Assembly: GCA_947630405.1 (NCBI GenBank)
Contig: CANRHL010000001.1
Span: forward strand, 92,971 to 156,970
Length of the DNA: 64,000 nucleotides
Direction: 5' to 3'
Source of the DNA: an uncultured Clostridia bacterium
Lineage (GTDB): Bacteria > Bacillota > Clostridia > Christensenellales > UBA1242
This document shows, piece by piece, positions 27,481-36,213 of this stretch (its first letter is position 1; each line of letters opens with the position of its first letter). The notes below the pieces were generated by a model. The model was not told the DNA's origin. It saw only the letters and a list, made by a program, of their open reading frames with translations, and did not search any database. Position numbers and translations under genes: made by a program.

Positions 27481-28509
27481 CTATTTAATTTTAAATTGCT
27501 TTAATAATTTTAGGTTTCCGCTATTTAATTCGCGAATATCGTTAAGGTTGGTGGAAAGCATTGTCATGCGGTCAAGGCCTAAACCGAACGCACAGCCGCT
27601 ATAAACTTCGGGGTCTAACCCGCCATTTCTTAACACTTGTGGGTGAATCATACCGCATGGGCAGAGTTCAATCCAGCCACCATTTTTGCAAGTTGGGCAA
27701 CCCTTGCCATCGCAGAACGGGCATTTAACGTCCATTTCAAAACTTGGCTCAGTGAAAGGGAAGAAGCCTGGGCGCAAACGCACTTCAACCGGCTTGTTGA
27801 ATATTTTAGAAAGCATCTCTTTCATAAAATAAATTAAGTTGCCAACAGAAACGTCTTTATCTACAATCACGCCTTCAAGTTGGAAGAAGGTGTTTTCGTG
27901 GCTGGCGTCCACGTCCTCATTTCTAAAGCATCTGCCCGGGAAAATTGCGCGGATTGGTGGGGTGTATTTTTTCAAAATGCGGTTTTGCGATGCCGATGTG
28001 TGAGTTTTTAACACTTCGCCGTTATCAAGCCAAAAAGTGTCTTGCATATCGCGTGCGGGGTGATTTTCTGGCACGTTTACGGCGGTGAAATTGTTGTATT
28101 CTGTTTCCACTTCGTTGCCATCTTCAACCACAAAACCCATTGAAGTGAACACTTCTTCAATTTCGCGCTGAATAATTGTTCTTGGGTGTAAACTGCCTGT
28201 GCATTTTTCAGCGGGCAAGGTGATATCAATTTTTTCTGCCGAATAAATTTCTTTGTTAATTTCTTCTTCACTCATTTTGCGCTCGTTATCCGAAATCAAC
28301 CCTTCAATTTCTTGTTTGGCTGTATTTAAAATTTGCCCAACCTTGCCTTTTTCTTCGGCTGGCACATCTTTAATTAATTTAAACAATTCGGTAAATTTGC
28401 CAGATTTACCAAACATCTCCACGCGCAAGGCTTGGCACTCTTTTAAATTTTTAATGCCCTTAATTTTTTCTAAAATGTATTTTTTAATTTCATTAATTTT
28501 GTTTTGCAT
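27481..28509 (-). CDS. pheS: phenylalanine--tRNA ligase alpha subunit
   Basis: Class II motifs (FRNEDVDASHENTFFQLEG; GCAFGLGLDRM), AAGGAG SD, T-box leader upstream. Confidence 0.95.
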   Translation of the reverse strand: MQNKINEIKKYILEKIKGIKNLKECQALRVEMFGKSGKFTELFKLIKDVPAEEKGKVGQILNTAKQEIEGLISDNERKMSEEEINKEIYSAEKIDITLPAEKCTGSLHPRTIIQREIEEVFTSMGFVVEDGNEVETEYNNFTAVNVPENHPARDMQDTFWLDNGEVLKTHTSASQNRILKKYTPPIRAIFPGRCFRNEDVDASHENTFFQLEGVIVDKDVSVGNLIYFMKEMLSKIFNKPVEVRLRPGFFPFTEPSFEMDVKCPFCDGKGCPTCKNGGWIELCPCGMIHPQVLRNGGLDPEVYSGCAFGLGLDRMTMLSTNLNDIRELNSGNLKLLKQFKIK

Positions 28510-28518
28510 TGTTTCTCC

Positions 28519-28921
28519 TTAAATAAAAAATTCGCCCTTCAACAATGATAAAAATCATTTTTAAGGACGAGTTGTGTTCGTTTTACCACCCTAAATTCGC
28601 TTCGCAACCCTCACTATTGCCAAATAATTTTGCAAGCAAAATTGTTGTAGGCTTTTTGTTCGATTGCTCGCCATTTATGAGGGACAACCAACAAGTTGTT
28701 TTTCCCTCATTACTCCTTTTCCAATAATAGGCTTATTATTTAAAAAGGTTGGCATGAAGCCTCATTACATTTTCACAGTTTTGTCTGGCACAAGTTCGCT
28801 TGTGCAACTCCGATGCTGAAATTCATTTGCCCGCTGAACATAAGTGTTTTTCAGCCACGAACACTTTTCTCTACCTGAAACGAGCAAACTACTACACACA
28901 CCTTCATAGTTTTTATTAAAC
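28519..28921 (-). promoter_or_regulatory. T-box leader (tRNA-Phe responsive) controlling pheST
   Basis: Minus strand: AGAGA box (GGTAGAGAAAAG), GNUGA-type GGCTGAAAA, putative specifier UUC followed by A (28837-28835), T-box AATTTAGGGTGGTAAAACG (about 28597-28579). Terminator CTCGTCCTT...AAGGGCGAATTTTTTATTT lies just upstream of the SD. Confidence 0.85.
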
Positions 28922-28927
28922 TAATAT

Positions 28928-28956
28928 AATAATAACCAAAAAAAATGATATTGTCA
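28928..28956 (-). promoter_or_regulatory. sigma-A promoter of the pheST T-box leader
   Basis: Minus strand: TTGACA (28956-28951), 17 nt, TATTAT (28933-28928). Confidence 0.6.
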
Positions 28957-28972
28957 ACAAGTTTTGAAAAAT

Positions 28973-29182
28973 TTATTTTTTATCGGGTACAAAAACAAAT
29001 AAATCGTCAGGCGAACACTCCAAAATTTCACACAACAAGGCTAAATTGGAATATTTTATCGATTGAGTTTTGTTTGTTATCATATTATTAAAATTTTGAT
29101 AACTCATATTCATTTGATTATATAACCAATATTTAGTTTTATGTTTTTGTTTAAGAATTTTCAAAACATTTAATTTTATCAT
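28973..29182 (-). CDS. XRE-family HTH regulator (short YozG/HTH_26-like, 69 aa)
   Basis: GGAG SD. The pattern LKILKQKHKTKYWLYNQMNMSYQNFNNMITNKTQSIKYSNLALLCEILECSPDDLF matches short Cro/C1 regulators. Confidence 0.75.
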   Translation of the reverse strand: MIKLNVLKILKQKHKTKYWLYNQMNMSYQNFNNMITNKTQSIKYSNLALLCEILECSPDDLFVFVPDKK

Positions 29183-29232
29183 TATATAACTCCATCATTA
29201 TCTAATGTTTTTATAATATATGTTTTAAACGC

Positions 29233-29261
29233 TTGACTTATAGACTTTTGCATTATATAAT
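29233..29261 (+). promoter_or_regulatory. sigma-A promoter for the 4-Cys gene
   Basis: TTGACT (29233-29238), 17 nt, TATAAT (29256-29261). The predicted ~120-nt leader contains two repeat copies. Confidence 0.55.
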
Positions 29262-29288
29262 GTAAACATAAGATATTGATAAAGTATT

Positions 29289-29375
29289 AGATTCTTCGGC
29301 TCGCAGGGTGCTCGCTCAGAATGACATACGTGGTAGGAAATTCATAGGTCGCAAGATATTTGCTCAGATGACATA
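29289..29375 (-). repeat. two tandem copies (reverse orientation) of the GTCATTCTGAGCG...GAAGAATCT interspersed repeat
   Basis: Copy 29289-29328 reads TATGTCATTCTGAGCGAGCACCCTGCGAGCCGAAGAATCT on the minus strand. Copy 29335-29375 is a degenerate second copy ending right at the SD. Confidence 0.6.
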
Positions 29376-29388
29376 GGAGGTGTAAAAA

Positions 29389-29667
29389 ATGAAACGCAGT
29401 TGTTATGATTGTAAAAAGTTTGAAGAAAATTATCGCTTTGCTGAAGACGGGTCTTTGTATTGCGTGGGTTTGAGTTGTAGAATTGGCACTAAAGTTACAA
29501 ATGGCGATGAAGCACAGAGTTGTTTTCGATATGAATTTACACCTTCGGTTAGAGAGCTGCCAGATAGGATAAAGCCGGACGAATTGTTGGTGCAATTAAA
29601 AACCGAATTATATTATTTAAAAAACATTATTGCCGAAATTGAAAAATTTTATAATGAAAAAAAATAA
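29389..29667 (+). CDS. small 4-Cys (CxxC...C...C) protein with a C-terminal amphipathic helix; paralog of 40941-41228
   Basis: AGGAGGTG SD. CYDCKKF...EDGSLYCVGLSCRIG...AQSCFRYE...LLVQLKTELYYLKNIIAEIEKFY aligns with the second copy. Confidence 0.7.
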   Translation: MKRSCYDCKKFEENYRFAEDGSLYCVGLSCRIGTKVTNGDEAQSCFRYEFTPSVRELPDRIKPDELLVQLKTELYYLKNIIAEIEKFYNEKK

Positions 29668-29678
29668 CTTAATTACAA

Positions 29679-29727
29679 TATGTCATTCTGAGCGGATGAC
29701 ATCGCTGGCACATAGTCGAAAAATCTC
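29679..29727 (+). repeat. forward copy of the interspersed repeat
   Basis: TATGTCATTCTGAGCGGATGACATCGCTGGCACATAGTCGAAAAATCTC, with an internal ATGTCAT/ATGACAT hairpin. Confidence 0.6.
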
Positions 29728-29732
29728 AAAAA

Positions 29733-29762
29733 AACACCTAAAAGTTAGGTGTTAATTTTTTG
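29733..29762. terminator. bidirectional terminator shared by the 4-Cys gene and rmuC
   Basis: AACACCTAA-AAG-TTAGGTGTT, a perfect 9-bp stem flanked by an A-run and a T-run. It overlaps the rmuC stop codon. Confidence 0.65.
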
Positions 29763-31059
29763 TGCCGGATTGGTCGCCGCTTGATTTATCACTTTCGTTG
29801 TTGCTATCGGGGTTGGATTTGTCAATTTGAATTTCATCGTCAATGCCGATTAGGTCGCTAACATTATCAAGTTTTTTGGCAATTTTTTGGCTTGATTTTG
29901 TGGCTTGTTCAAGATTATTTGTGGCTTGACCAAGTTGACCTTGTGATTTTTCAAGCAGTGTTAAATATTTAGAAAATTCTTGTTTTAAAGTGGAAAGGAA
30001 ATTCCAAATTTCACTGCTCCGTTTTTGAATATATAGCGTTTTAAAGCCGAGTTGTAAACTATTAAGCAGCGCGGTTAATGTAGTTGGCCCACAAACAACA
30101 ACCTTATATTGAGTGTTTAGTTCGTCAAAGAGTTCAACATTTCTCACCACTTCGGCATAAAGGCCCTCAATTGGCAAAAACATAATTGCAAAATCGGTGG
30201 TGTCGGGCACATTTATGTATTTTTCTTTAATTGATTTTGCCTCTTCCTTAATGCGTTTAAAAAGTTGTTTTTGGCATTTTTCAATAAGTTCTTTGTTGAG
30301 CGTATCGCTCGCTTCAACAAGGCGGTTGTAATCTTCAAGCGGGAATTTGCTGTCGATTGGCAAATAAACTTCGTTGCCGTCCTTGCCCGGCATGCAGACA
30401 ACAAAATCCACACGCTCCTTGCTATTTTCCTTAACTTGCACTTGCGCCTTATATTGATTTGGTGCTAATATTTGCTCAAGCAGGGTGGAGAGCATAACTT
30501 CGCCCCAACCACCGCGAATTTTAACGTTGGAAAGCACCTTTTTTAAATCGCCAACACCGGTTGCAAGCGTGCGCATTTCGCCTAGGCCAAGATTAACACT
30601 TTCCAAACTTTGCTGGATTTTACTAAAACTTTCGTTCAAGCGCTCGGAGAGTGATGCGTTAAGTTTTTCGTCCACCGTTTGACGCATTTTTTCAAGGCTT
30701 TTTTCATTTTCTTCACGCATGTTGGTTAGCGTTTGATTGACTTGCATGGTTAATTTTTCAATTTTATCTTCATTTCTAAAGGTGAGTTCGTTAACGCGTT
30801 TAGAAATTACTTCAAACTCTTGTTTTTGCAAAATAGATAGATTATTTATTGTGTTTTGCGTGGCAATTTCGCTATTTTTAACTGCCTGCATAAGCATGTT
30901 GTTTAAAAGTTGATTTTGTTCCTTTTGGTTATCCACAACTGTTTTAATAGATTTATCGTCTTGCAAGGTTGGTTGTTTTTTCTTGTAAAGCACCACAAAA
31001 ACTATAGTGGTTAATAGCCACACCGCACCAAATATTGAGCCTAAAATAATCATTTCCAT
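29752..31059 (-). CDS. rmuC: DNA recombination protein RmuC
   Basis: N-terminal TM, long coiled coil, then RGGWGEVMLSTLLEQ...VDFVVCMPG...YLPIDSKFPLEDY, characteristic of RmuC. Confidence 0.85.
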   Translation of the reverse strand: MEMIILGSIFGAVWLLTTIVFVVLYKKKQPTLQDDKSIKTVVDNQKEQNQLLNNMLMQAVKNSEIATQNTINNLSILQKQEFEVISKRVNELTFRNEDKIEKLTMQVNQTLTNMREENEKSLEKMRQTVDEKLNASLSERLNESFSKIQQSLESVNLGLGEMRTLATGVGDLKKVLSNVKIRGGWGEVMLSTLLEQILAPNQYKAQVQVKENSKERVDFVVCMPGKDGNEVYLPIDSKFPLEDYNRLVEASDTLNKELIEKCQKQLFKRIKEEAKSIKEKYINVPDTTDFAIMFLPIEGLYAEVVRNVELFDELNTQYKVVVCGPTTLTALLNSLQLGFKTLYIQKRSSEIWNFLSTLKQEFSKYLTLLEKSQGQLGQATNNLEQATKSSQKIAKKLDNVSDLIGIDDEIQIDKSNPDSNNESDKSSGDQSGTKN

Positions 31060-31167
31060 AAAAAATCCTTCTATTAAAGTATAGTTAAAACTAGTATAAT
31101 TGTCAATAAAAAACGAAAAGTTGGCTAAACAATTTGCGTTTTTAATTTTTTTGGTTATACTAATAGT

Positions 31168-32034
31168 ATGCTTAATTTAATTGTTGCACCTTATTCATAT
31201 AACGAAAATGCAGAAAGAATTACAAAACGCGTTGTGGCTTTTTTGAAAGAACAAAAAGTTGAATATGCGGTGTTTTTTCATGAAAAAGTAGAAGATATAA
31301 CCGAAAATGTTATTTCGCTTGTTGAGGACGGCGAAAATGAATTTGTTGTGGTGGGGGACGACCCTATTATTTCCACATTCGTTAATTCAGTTAAGGATTT
31401 ATCTAAAATAAAATTTGGCATTGTGCCAATTGGCGGGCAGGACGATTTTGCGGCATACTTGAATTTAAGTTTAAACCCTATTCAAGCAATTAAAGATATT
31501 CTTAGGAAAAAAGTTGATAGTGTGGATTGTTTAAACGTTAATGGCTTTAAAGTTACTAACAATATTAGCATTGGCGCGGGGGCAGAAGCGCAAGAACTGT
31601 TTAATAGTTACAAAGTTAAAAATTCACTAACGCGCTCAATAGCAAACAAAAAAAATGCAGCCAAATTTGAAGGCGTTGAACTTACATTTTATTCGCGCGG
31701 AAAACAACCAACCACCGAAACCATTTTTGAAATGAGCATTGCAAACGGCGGCATTAGAAAGGGCAAAAAAATAAGCCCGCTTGCAAATGTTAAAGACGGG
31801 CTTTTCAATTTTAATTATGTAACGCTAACCGAAAAAAAAGAAAAACAAAATTATGTTGACGAAATAAATTCGGGCGAACACATTTATAACGAAAAAACAA
31901 AACAACAGTGGCTAACAAACATTAAAATTTTTAGCCCGGAAAATAAAATTAAAGCAATAATTGACGGCAAACTTATGACGGTTGATGAACTTTCAATTTC
32001 AGTAGCGGAAAACGGACTAAAAATTTATAGATAA
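31168..32034 (+). CDS. diacylglycerol/lipid kinase (YegS/DagK) fold protein with a degenerate GGDGT motif
   Basis: Size and layout of DAGK_cat proteins. EFVVVGDDPIISTFVNSV sits where GGDGT is expected. No SD; a -10 box abuts the ATG. Confidence 0.5.
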   Translation: MLNLIVAPYSYNENAERITKRVVAFLKEQKVEYAVFFHEKVEDITENVISLVEDGENEFVVVGDDPIISTFVNSVKDLSKIKFGIVPIGGQDDFAAYLNLSLNPIQAIKDILRKKVDSVDCLNVNGFKVTNNISIGAGAEAQELFNSYKVKNSLTRSIANKKNAAKFEGVELTFYSRGKQPTTETIFEMSIANGGIRKGKKISPLANVKDGLFNFNYVTLTEKKEKQNYVDEINSGEHIYNEKTKQQWLTNIKIFSPENKIKAIIDGKLMTVDELSISVAENGLKIYR

Positions 32035-32074
32035 CAAAGTTTAAAATTCGACAAAATTACACATAATAATAGCG

Positions 32075-33391
32075 ATGAAAAAATCTGGCTTAACGCTAAC
32101 GTTTTGTGTAATTTTTATTATGCTTGCAGCGTGCTTAACTGTAGGGTTATTTTCAATTGAAAAATTGCACGTTTTTGCGGACAATTTAGAGGAAAACGAC
32201 CTTGAATTTTATCTTGATAACAAAACCTTTAATTACGATTATAAAAAGAACATAAAAAAATCGAGCCAATTTGATTTGGATTATGAGTTAAATAAATATA
32301 GCCGCTTTTCAACATCCGAAGAGCGAAAAATTTTAATGCGAAAAATGGTGGCGTTGAATTTTGATAATTTTGTTATTGTGAATTATCTTTTTCCTTCTCT
32401 TGACGATTTAATTTTAAAAATGGAAAAAACAATTTTTGTTGCGCCGAAAAACGCAAATTTAAAAATTAATAGTGATAGTGAAAAAGTGTTTTTCATAACG
32501 CCCGAAGTTGTTGGTAGAAAATTAGATAGAGAAAAATTATATAAAAATATAATTGATAATTTTTTATTAAATAAACCGCTAAAATTTAAACTTCCGCTTA
32601 TAAAATTAAATCCGGAAATTGTATCTGGCGACTTTGAAAAATTTGCGCATTTGCGCGCCGATTTTGCAACAGATTTTTCATCAAGTTCAATTGACCGAAA
32701 ACACAACATTAAAAACGCGCTCACTAGCCTTAACAAAATTGAAATTGCGCCTAGTCAAATATTTTCTTTTAATAAAACCATTGGCAGAAGGACGAAAGAA
32801 AATGGATATAGGGAAGCAAAAATAATTGTTAATAATGAGTTTGTTGACGGCATTGGTGGCGGAGTGTGCCAAGTTTCCACCACGCTTTATAATAGTGCAC
32901 TTATGGCGGGGCTTCAGATTGTGGAAGCCAACAAACATAGCAAACAAATTGGCTATGTTAAATATGGTTTTGATGCCATGGTAAATTTTGGCAGCAGCGA
33001 CCTTAAATTTAAAAACAACACGAACGAAAAAATTACAATTATAACAAGTTACAAAAACAACAAAGCCCGAATTAGAATTTTTGGCTCTAAACCGAATTGC
33101 ACATATAAACTTACAAACGAAATTGTTAGCGTAACCGAGCCGAACGAACAAATTTTAATTGACGAAAAAGGCGAGTATTTAGACAAAGTGCAGTATGAAG
33201 ATGAATTTTTCTATTTAAAAAAAGGCACACGTGGCATGGAAGTTAAATCTTATCGCGAAACTTATCGCAACGGCGAGTTAATTAAAAGAGAACTTTTAAG
33301 GTTGGATAAATTTAAGCCAACCGATGCCGTAAAAGTTTATGGCACAAAAAAACGCAAAGAAGAAATCTTTGCGCCTATGGTTTTTCATTAA
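32075..33391 (+). CDS. VanW family protein
   Basis: N-terminal TM. FSFNKTIGRRTKENGYREAKIIVNNEFVDGIGGGVCQVSTTLYNSALMAGL is the VanW core signature. Confidence 0.85.
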   Translation: MKKSGLTLTFCVIFIMLAACLTVGLFSIEKLHVFADNLEENDLEFYLDNKTFNYDYKKNIKKSSQFDLDYELNKYSRFSTSEERKILMRKMVALNFDNFVIVNYLFPSLDDLILKMEKTIFVAPKNANLKINSDSEKVFFITPEVVGRKLDREKLYKNIIDNFLLNKPLKFKLPLIKLNPEIVSGDFEKFAHLRADFATDFSSSSIDRKHNIKNALTSLNKIEIAPSQIFSFNKTIGRRTKENGYREAKIIVNNEFVDGIGGGVCQVSTTLYNSALMAGLQIVEANKHSKQIGYVKYGFDAMVNFGSSDLKFKNNTNEKITIITSYKNNKARIRIFGSKPNCTYKLTNEIVSVTEPNEQILIDEKGEYLDKVQYEDEFFYLKKGTRGMEVKSYRETYRNGELIKRELLRLDKFKPTDAVKVYGTKKRKEEIFAPMVFH

Positions 33392-35225
33392 TTGAAAGAA
33401 CCTGAAATTCATACGATTTAAGAGCTGTTTGAAAACCCGGAATGCCATTATCCGGAACATAAATTTTTAAGTCTGCACCCTTGTGTTTTGGCATGCTTCC
33501 AACCGAAAAGGTAGGCGGCTTTGCGCTTGTAAAAGTCATCGATTGCAAATGCTCAAAACTGGTTGTGCTTCCATTAAAAGCCGAAGTTGAAAATGAGGTT
33601 ACATTCGGCCCAAAAGTTACAGAACGCACATCCCCATCATACCAAAACGATTGAGGGATTACGGTTATAATATTTGGTATAACAAAATCTTTATCTAGAT
33701 ACATACCTTGCATTATTCCGTCCGGCAAAGTTTTTTGCGACCAATCCTCAGGAATTATAAAGTCGTCAATTTGCAGTCTTTCCCCGTTGACGAACACTGA
33801 TGCTCCGTACTTTATTGTTTTTTTTAGTTCAATCACTTTTGTTGCCGAAGTTTCTAGGCATTCGCCAAAGCAACAATCTCCTAAAGATGTAACCGTGTCG
33901 GGAATGGTTCCAATATCGATATTTTTACAACGATAAAAAGCGTATCTGCCAATTTTTTTAAGTTTTTTTGCTGCTTCAAAATTCATTATTTTTGTGTCGG
34001 CACCGTAGCCAAAACAAAAATCGCCAATTTCTTCCAAATTTTCATCTAGCCATACCCTTAGCTTGTTGGTAAATCTATAGAATTTGTAGCCGAGGATGTG
34101 AACCATATAATCTGGTATAACCAAATCGAGGCTTTTTTGCGGATCATCTTTTAGTGAATATTCGTACATATAAAGATCCTTTATTAATGTAGGATAGTCG
34201 GGCATTGAACCTGTTTTAATTTCTTTGTTTCCGGCAAAGAAAGTTTTGCCTTCTAACACATCTGCTTCGGTTGCGGTTGCACTAGTAGTGTCTAAATCTT
34301 CATAAACACCTGTTTTTAAACTGCCATCTCCAGCATAAAAAGTTACATCTTTTTTAACATCGTTTTCAGTTGCCGTTGCAAGGCTAAAATCTGGCTTGAC
34401 ATAGTTGCCAATTTTAATTGTTTTATTGCCGGCATAAAAAGTTTTACCTTCTATAACATCGTCTTCTGTTGCGGTGGCATTAGAGGGGTCTAATTCAACA
34501 AATTTTCCCGTTTTTAAATTGCCATCGCCCGCATAAAAGGTGGCATCTTTTTTAACATCATCTTCAGTGGCGGTTGCCAAAGAAAAGTTTGTTTTAACAT
34601 AACTTCCGGTTTTAATTGTTTCATTTCCGGCAAAGAATTTTTTGCCTTCTATAACGTCTTCTTCACTAGCATCTGCCTGAGTTAAATCTGGCTTTGTAAG
34701 CGTGCCAGTTTTTATTTCTTCATCACCCGCATAAAAGGTTTTGCCATGCATAACATCCGATGCGGTTGCCGTGGCAATTTTCATATCAGGTTTTGTAAGA
34801 GTTCCTGTTTTTATAGTTTCATTGCCTGCGAAGAAAGTTTTACCTTTCATAACATCGCTTTCATCTGCGGTGGCAAGGCTAATATCGGGTTTGGTTAGTG
34901 TTCCAGTTTTTACGGTTTCATCTCCGGCAAAAAACTTTTTGCCTAGCAAAACATCTGTTTCAGTTGCGTCGGCTAGGTTTAAGTTGGGCTTTGTTAGGGT
35001 GCCGGTTTTCATTTCTTTTGTTTGAGAAAAAAATGTTTTACCCGATAAAACATCTTCTTCCTGGGCTGTTGAGGTTGTTAAGTCCACGCCAACGATGGTC
35101 TTAATTCCGTCAGTAATTTCGCTTGGGCTAGGGTTCAAATTTAAGACGGAAACTTTGCCACCCAAATTTTCAATTTCTTTTTTTTGGTTGAGCAATTCTT
35201 GTTTTAAGTTTTCAATGTTTTCCAT
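33375..35225 (-). CDS. repeat protein: N-terminal coiled coil, nine 33-aa repeats, C-terminal BspA-type leucine-rich repeats
   Basis: AGGAGA SD. Repeat consensus ATAxExDVxxGKTFFAGNExIKTGTLTKPDxSL. The C-terminal IGxxAFxxCxxL-type LRR_5 pattern (IGDFCFGYG, IGRYAFYRCKNI, LGDCCFGECLE). No signal peptide. Confidence 0.8.
   Translation of the reverse strand: MENIENLKQELLNQKKEIENLGGKVSVLNLNPSPSEITDGIKTIVGVDLTTSTAQEEDVLSGKTFFSQTKEMKTGTLTKPNLNLADATETDVLLGKKFFAGDETVKTGTLTKPDISLATADESDVMKGKTFFAGNETIKTGTLTKPDMKIATATASDVMHGKTFYAGDEEIKTGTLTKPDLTQADASEEDVIEGKKFFAGNETIKTGSYVKTNFSLATATEDDVKKDATFYAGDGNLKTGKFVELDPSNATATEDDVIEGKTFYAGNKTIKIGNYVKPDFSLATATENDVKKDVTFYAGDGSLKTGVYEDLDTTSATATEADVLEGKTFFAGNKEIKTGSMPDYPTLIKDLYMYEYSLKDDPQKSLDLVIPDYMVHILGYKFYRFTNKLRVWLDENLEEIGDFCFGYGADTKIMNFEAAKKLKKIGRYAFYRCKNIDIGTIPDTVTSLGDCCFGECLETSATKVIELKKTIKYGASVFVNGERLQIDDFIIPEDWSQKTLPDGIMQGMYLDKDFVIPNIITVIPQSFWYDGDVRSVTFGPNVTSFSTSAFNGSTTSFEHLQSMTFTSAKPPTFSVGSMPKHKGADLKIYVPDNGIPGFQTALKSYEFQVLSINEKP
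34191..35075 (-). repeat. nine tandem 99-bp (33-codon) coding repeats
   Basis: Read from the translation, residues about 51-345 of the 616-aa protein. Confidence 0.8.
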
Positions 35226-35403
35226 CTTTGTCTCCTAATTGATAATTGCCCGACATTATTTTTTCTAAATCGTCTTTAATAACATACGTGCCGTTAATAA
35301 TAAAGTCGAGCTCGTTAGTTATGTTTAGCAATTTATAATAGCGTTCAAGCTTTTTTTCAAGTTCGCTTATGCGCCTTAATGCCAACTCTAACAATTCTTC
35401 CAT
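35212..35403 (-). CDS. hypothetical small coiled-coil protein (63 aa), translationally coupled to the repeat protein
   Basis: GGGAGG SD. Its 3' end overlaps the downstream start by 14 nt. Confidence 0.5.
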   Translation of the reverse strand: MEELLELALRRISELEKKLERYYKLLNITNELDFIINGTYVIKDDLEKIMSGNYQLGDKDGKH

Positions 35404-35595
35404 TACACTACCTCCCGCTAAAAATATAATAAAAAAAGTTGTTTTTTTATCCTTAACCTGTCTGTTTTAGGAAGAATTGTTGGATTTTTGTAGTATTATT
35501 AAATTTTTAGTAATTTTTTGTAAACTGAGGAAAAAGTGTTAAATTTATTGCCAAAATTAAAATTTTTTGATAAAATATAATAAGGAAGTGAAAAA

Positions 35596-36141
35596 ATGAA
35601 GAGTTTAAAATTGTCTTACATATTATTTTTAAGTTTTGCAGCATCAGTGTTGGCATTTAAATCGGTTTCCGCCTTCTTTGGCGGGGTTGGGCTTGCCTTT
35701 GTGCTTAGTTTGGTGCTATTTTCGGCAGCCCTTGTTGTGTTCTTTAAAAACGCAGATGTTAAAAAAAGCGCACTAGACCAAGTTATTGTTTCCGCCGTTT
35801 TGCTTGCAATGGAATTTATTGTTTACTTTGCGGGCGAAATTGTGCTTGGCGGCCTAAGTAGAGGTATGTCAATTTATCAAAGCGTAATTTCTTGCCTAGG
35901 TGTGTTGTTCTTCGCCTATGTTCTGGTTAGGGCAATTTTGCAACTTAACGGCAAAAATTTTGCGTTTACATCAAAAAAAGAAAAACGCGTTAAAGCCGCA
36001 AAAGAACTAACCAACGGCAGTCTAGAAGATAAACCCAAAAAGACCACAGAAAAAACTTTGTTTGAACGAATTCAAACAGAAAAACCAACCGAGACCGAGA
36101 AGCCAAAACCAACCAATTTAGACGAAAATAGTGAAAAATAA
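35596..36141 (+). CDS. hypothetical membrane protein (about 4 TM) with a charged C-terminal tail
   Basis: AAGGAAG SD, hydrophobic segments, followed by a terminator. Confidence 0.6.
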   Translation: MKSLKLSYILFLSFAASVLAFKSVSAFFGGVGLAFVLSLVLFSAALVVFFKNADVKKSALDQVIVSAVLLAMEFIVYFAGEIVLGGLSRGMSIYQSVISCLGVLFFAYVLVRAILQLNGKNFAFTSKKEKRVKAAKELTNGSLEDKPKKTTEKTLFERIQTEKPTETEKPKPTNLDENSEK

Positions 36142-36166
36142 AAGTGGCAAACGCCACTTTTTTATT
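36141..36166 (+). terminator. rho-independent terminator (GTGGC/GCCAC family)
   Basis: AAAGTGGC-AAAC-GCCACTTTTTTATT. Confidence 0.7.
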
Positions 36167-36213
36167 AGAATTTAGAGAAAAATAGTAAATTGAAAAAATT
36201 TTTAAAAATTGTG

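Noticed and set aside
28545-28727. 60-aa plus-strand ORF upstream of pheS
   Set aside because: It lies on the opposite strand inside the T-box leader. The T-box, specifier and terminator elements explain the sequence.
29287-29595. 102-aa minus-strand ORF, and the plus-strand ORFs 51608-51916 and 51901-52083
   Set aside because: They are read-throughs of the GTCATTCTGAGCG-type interspersed repeats (VILSEHPASRRI-like peptides) and overlap real genes. This is a typical repeat-derived artefact.
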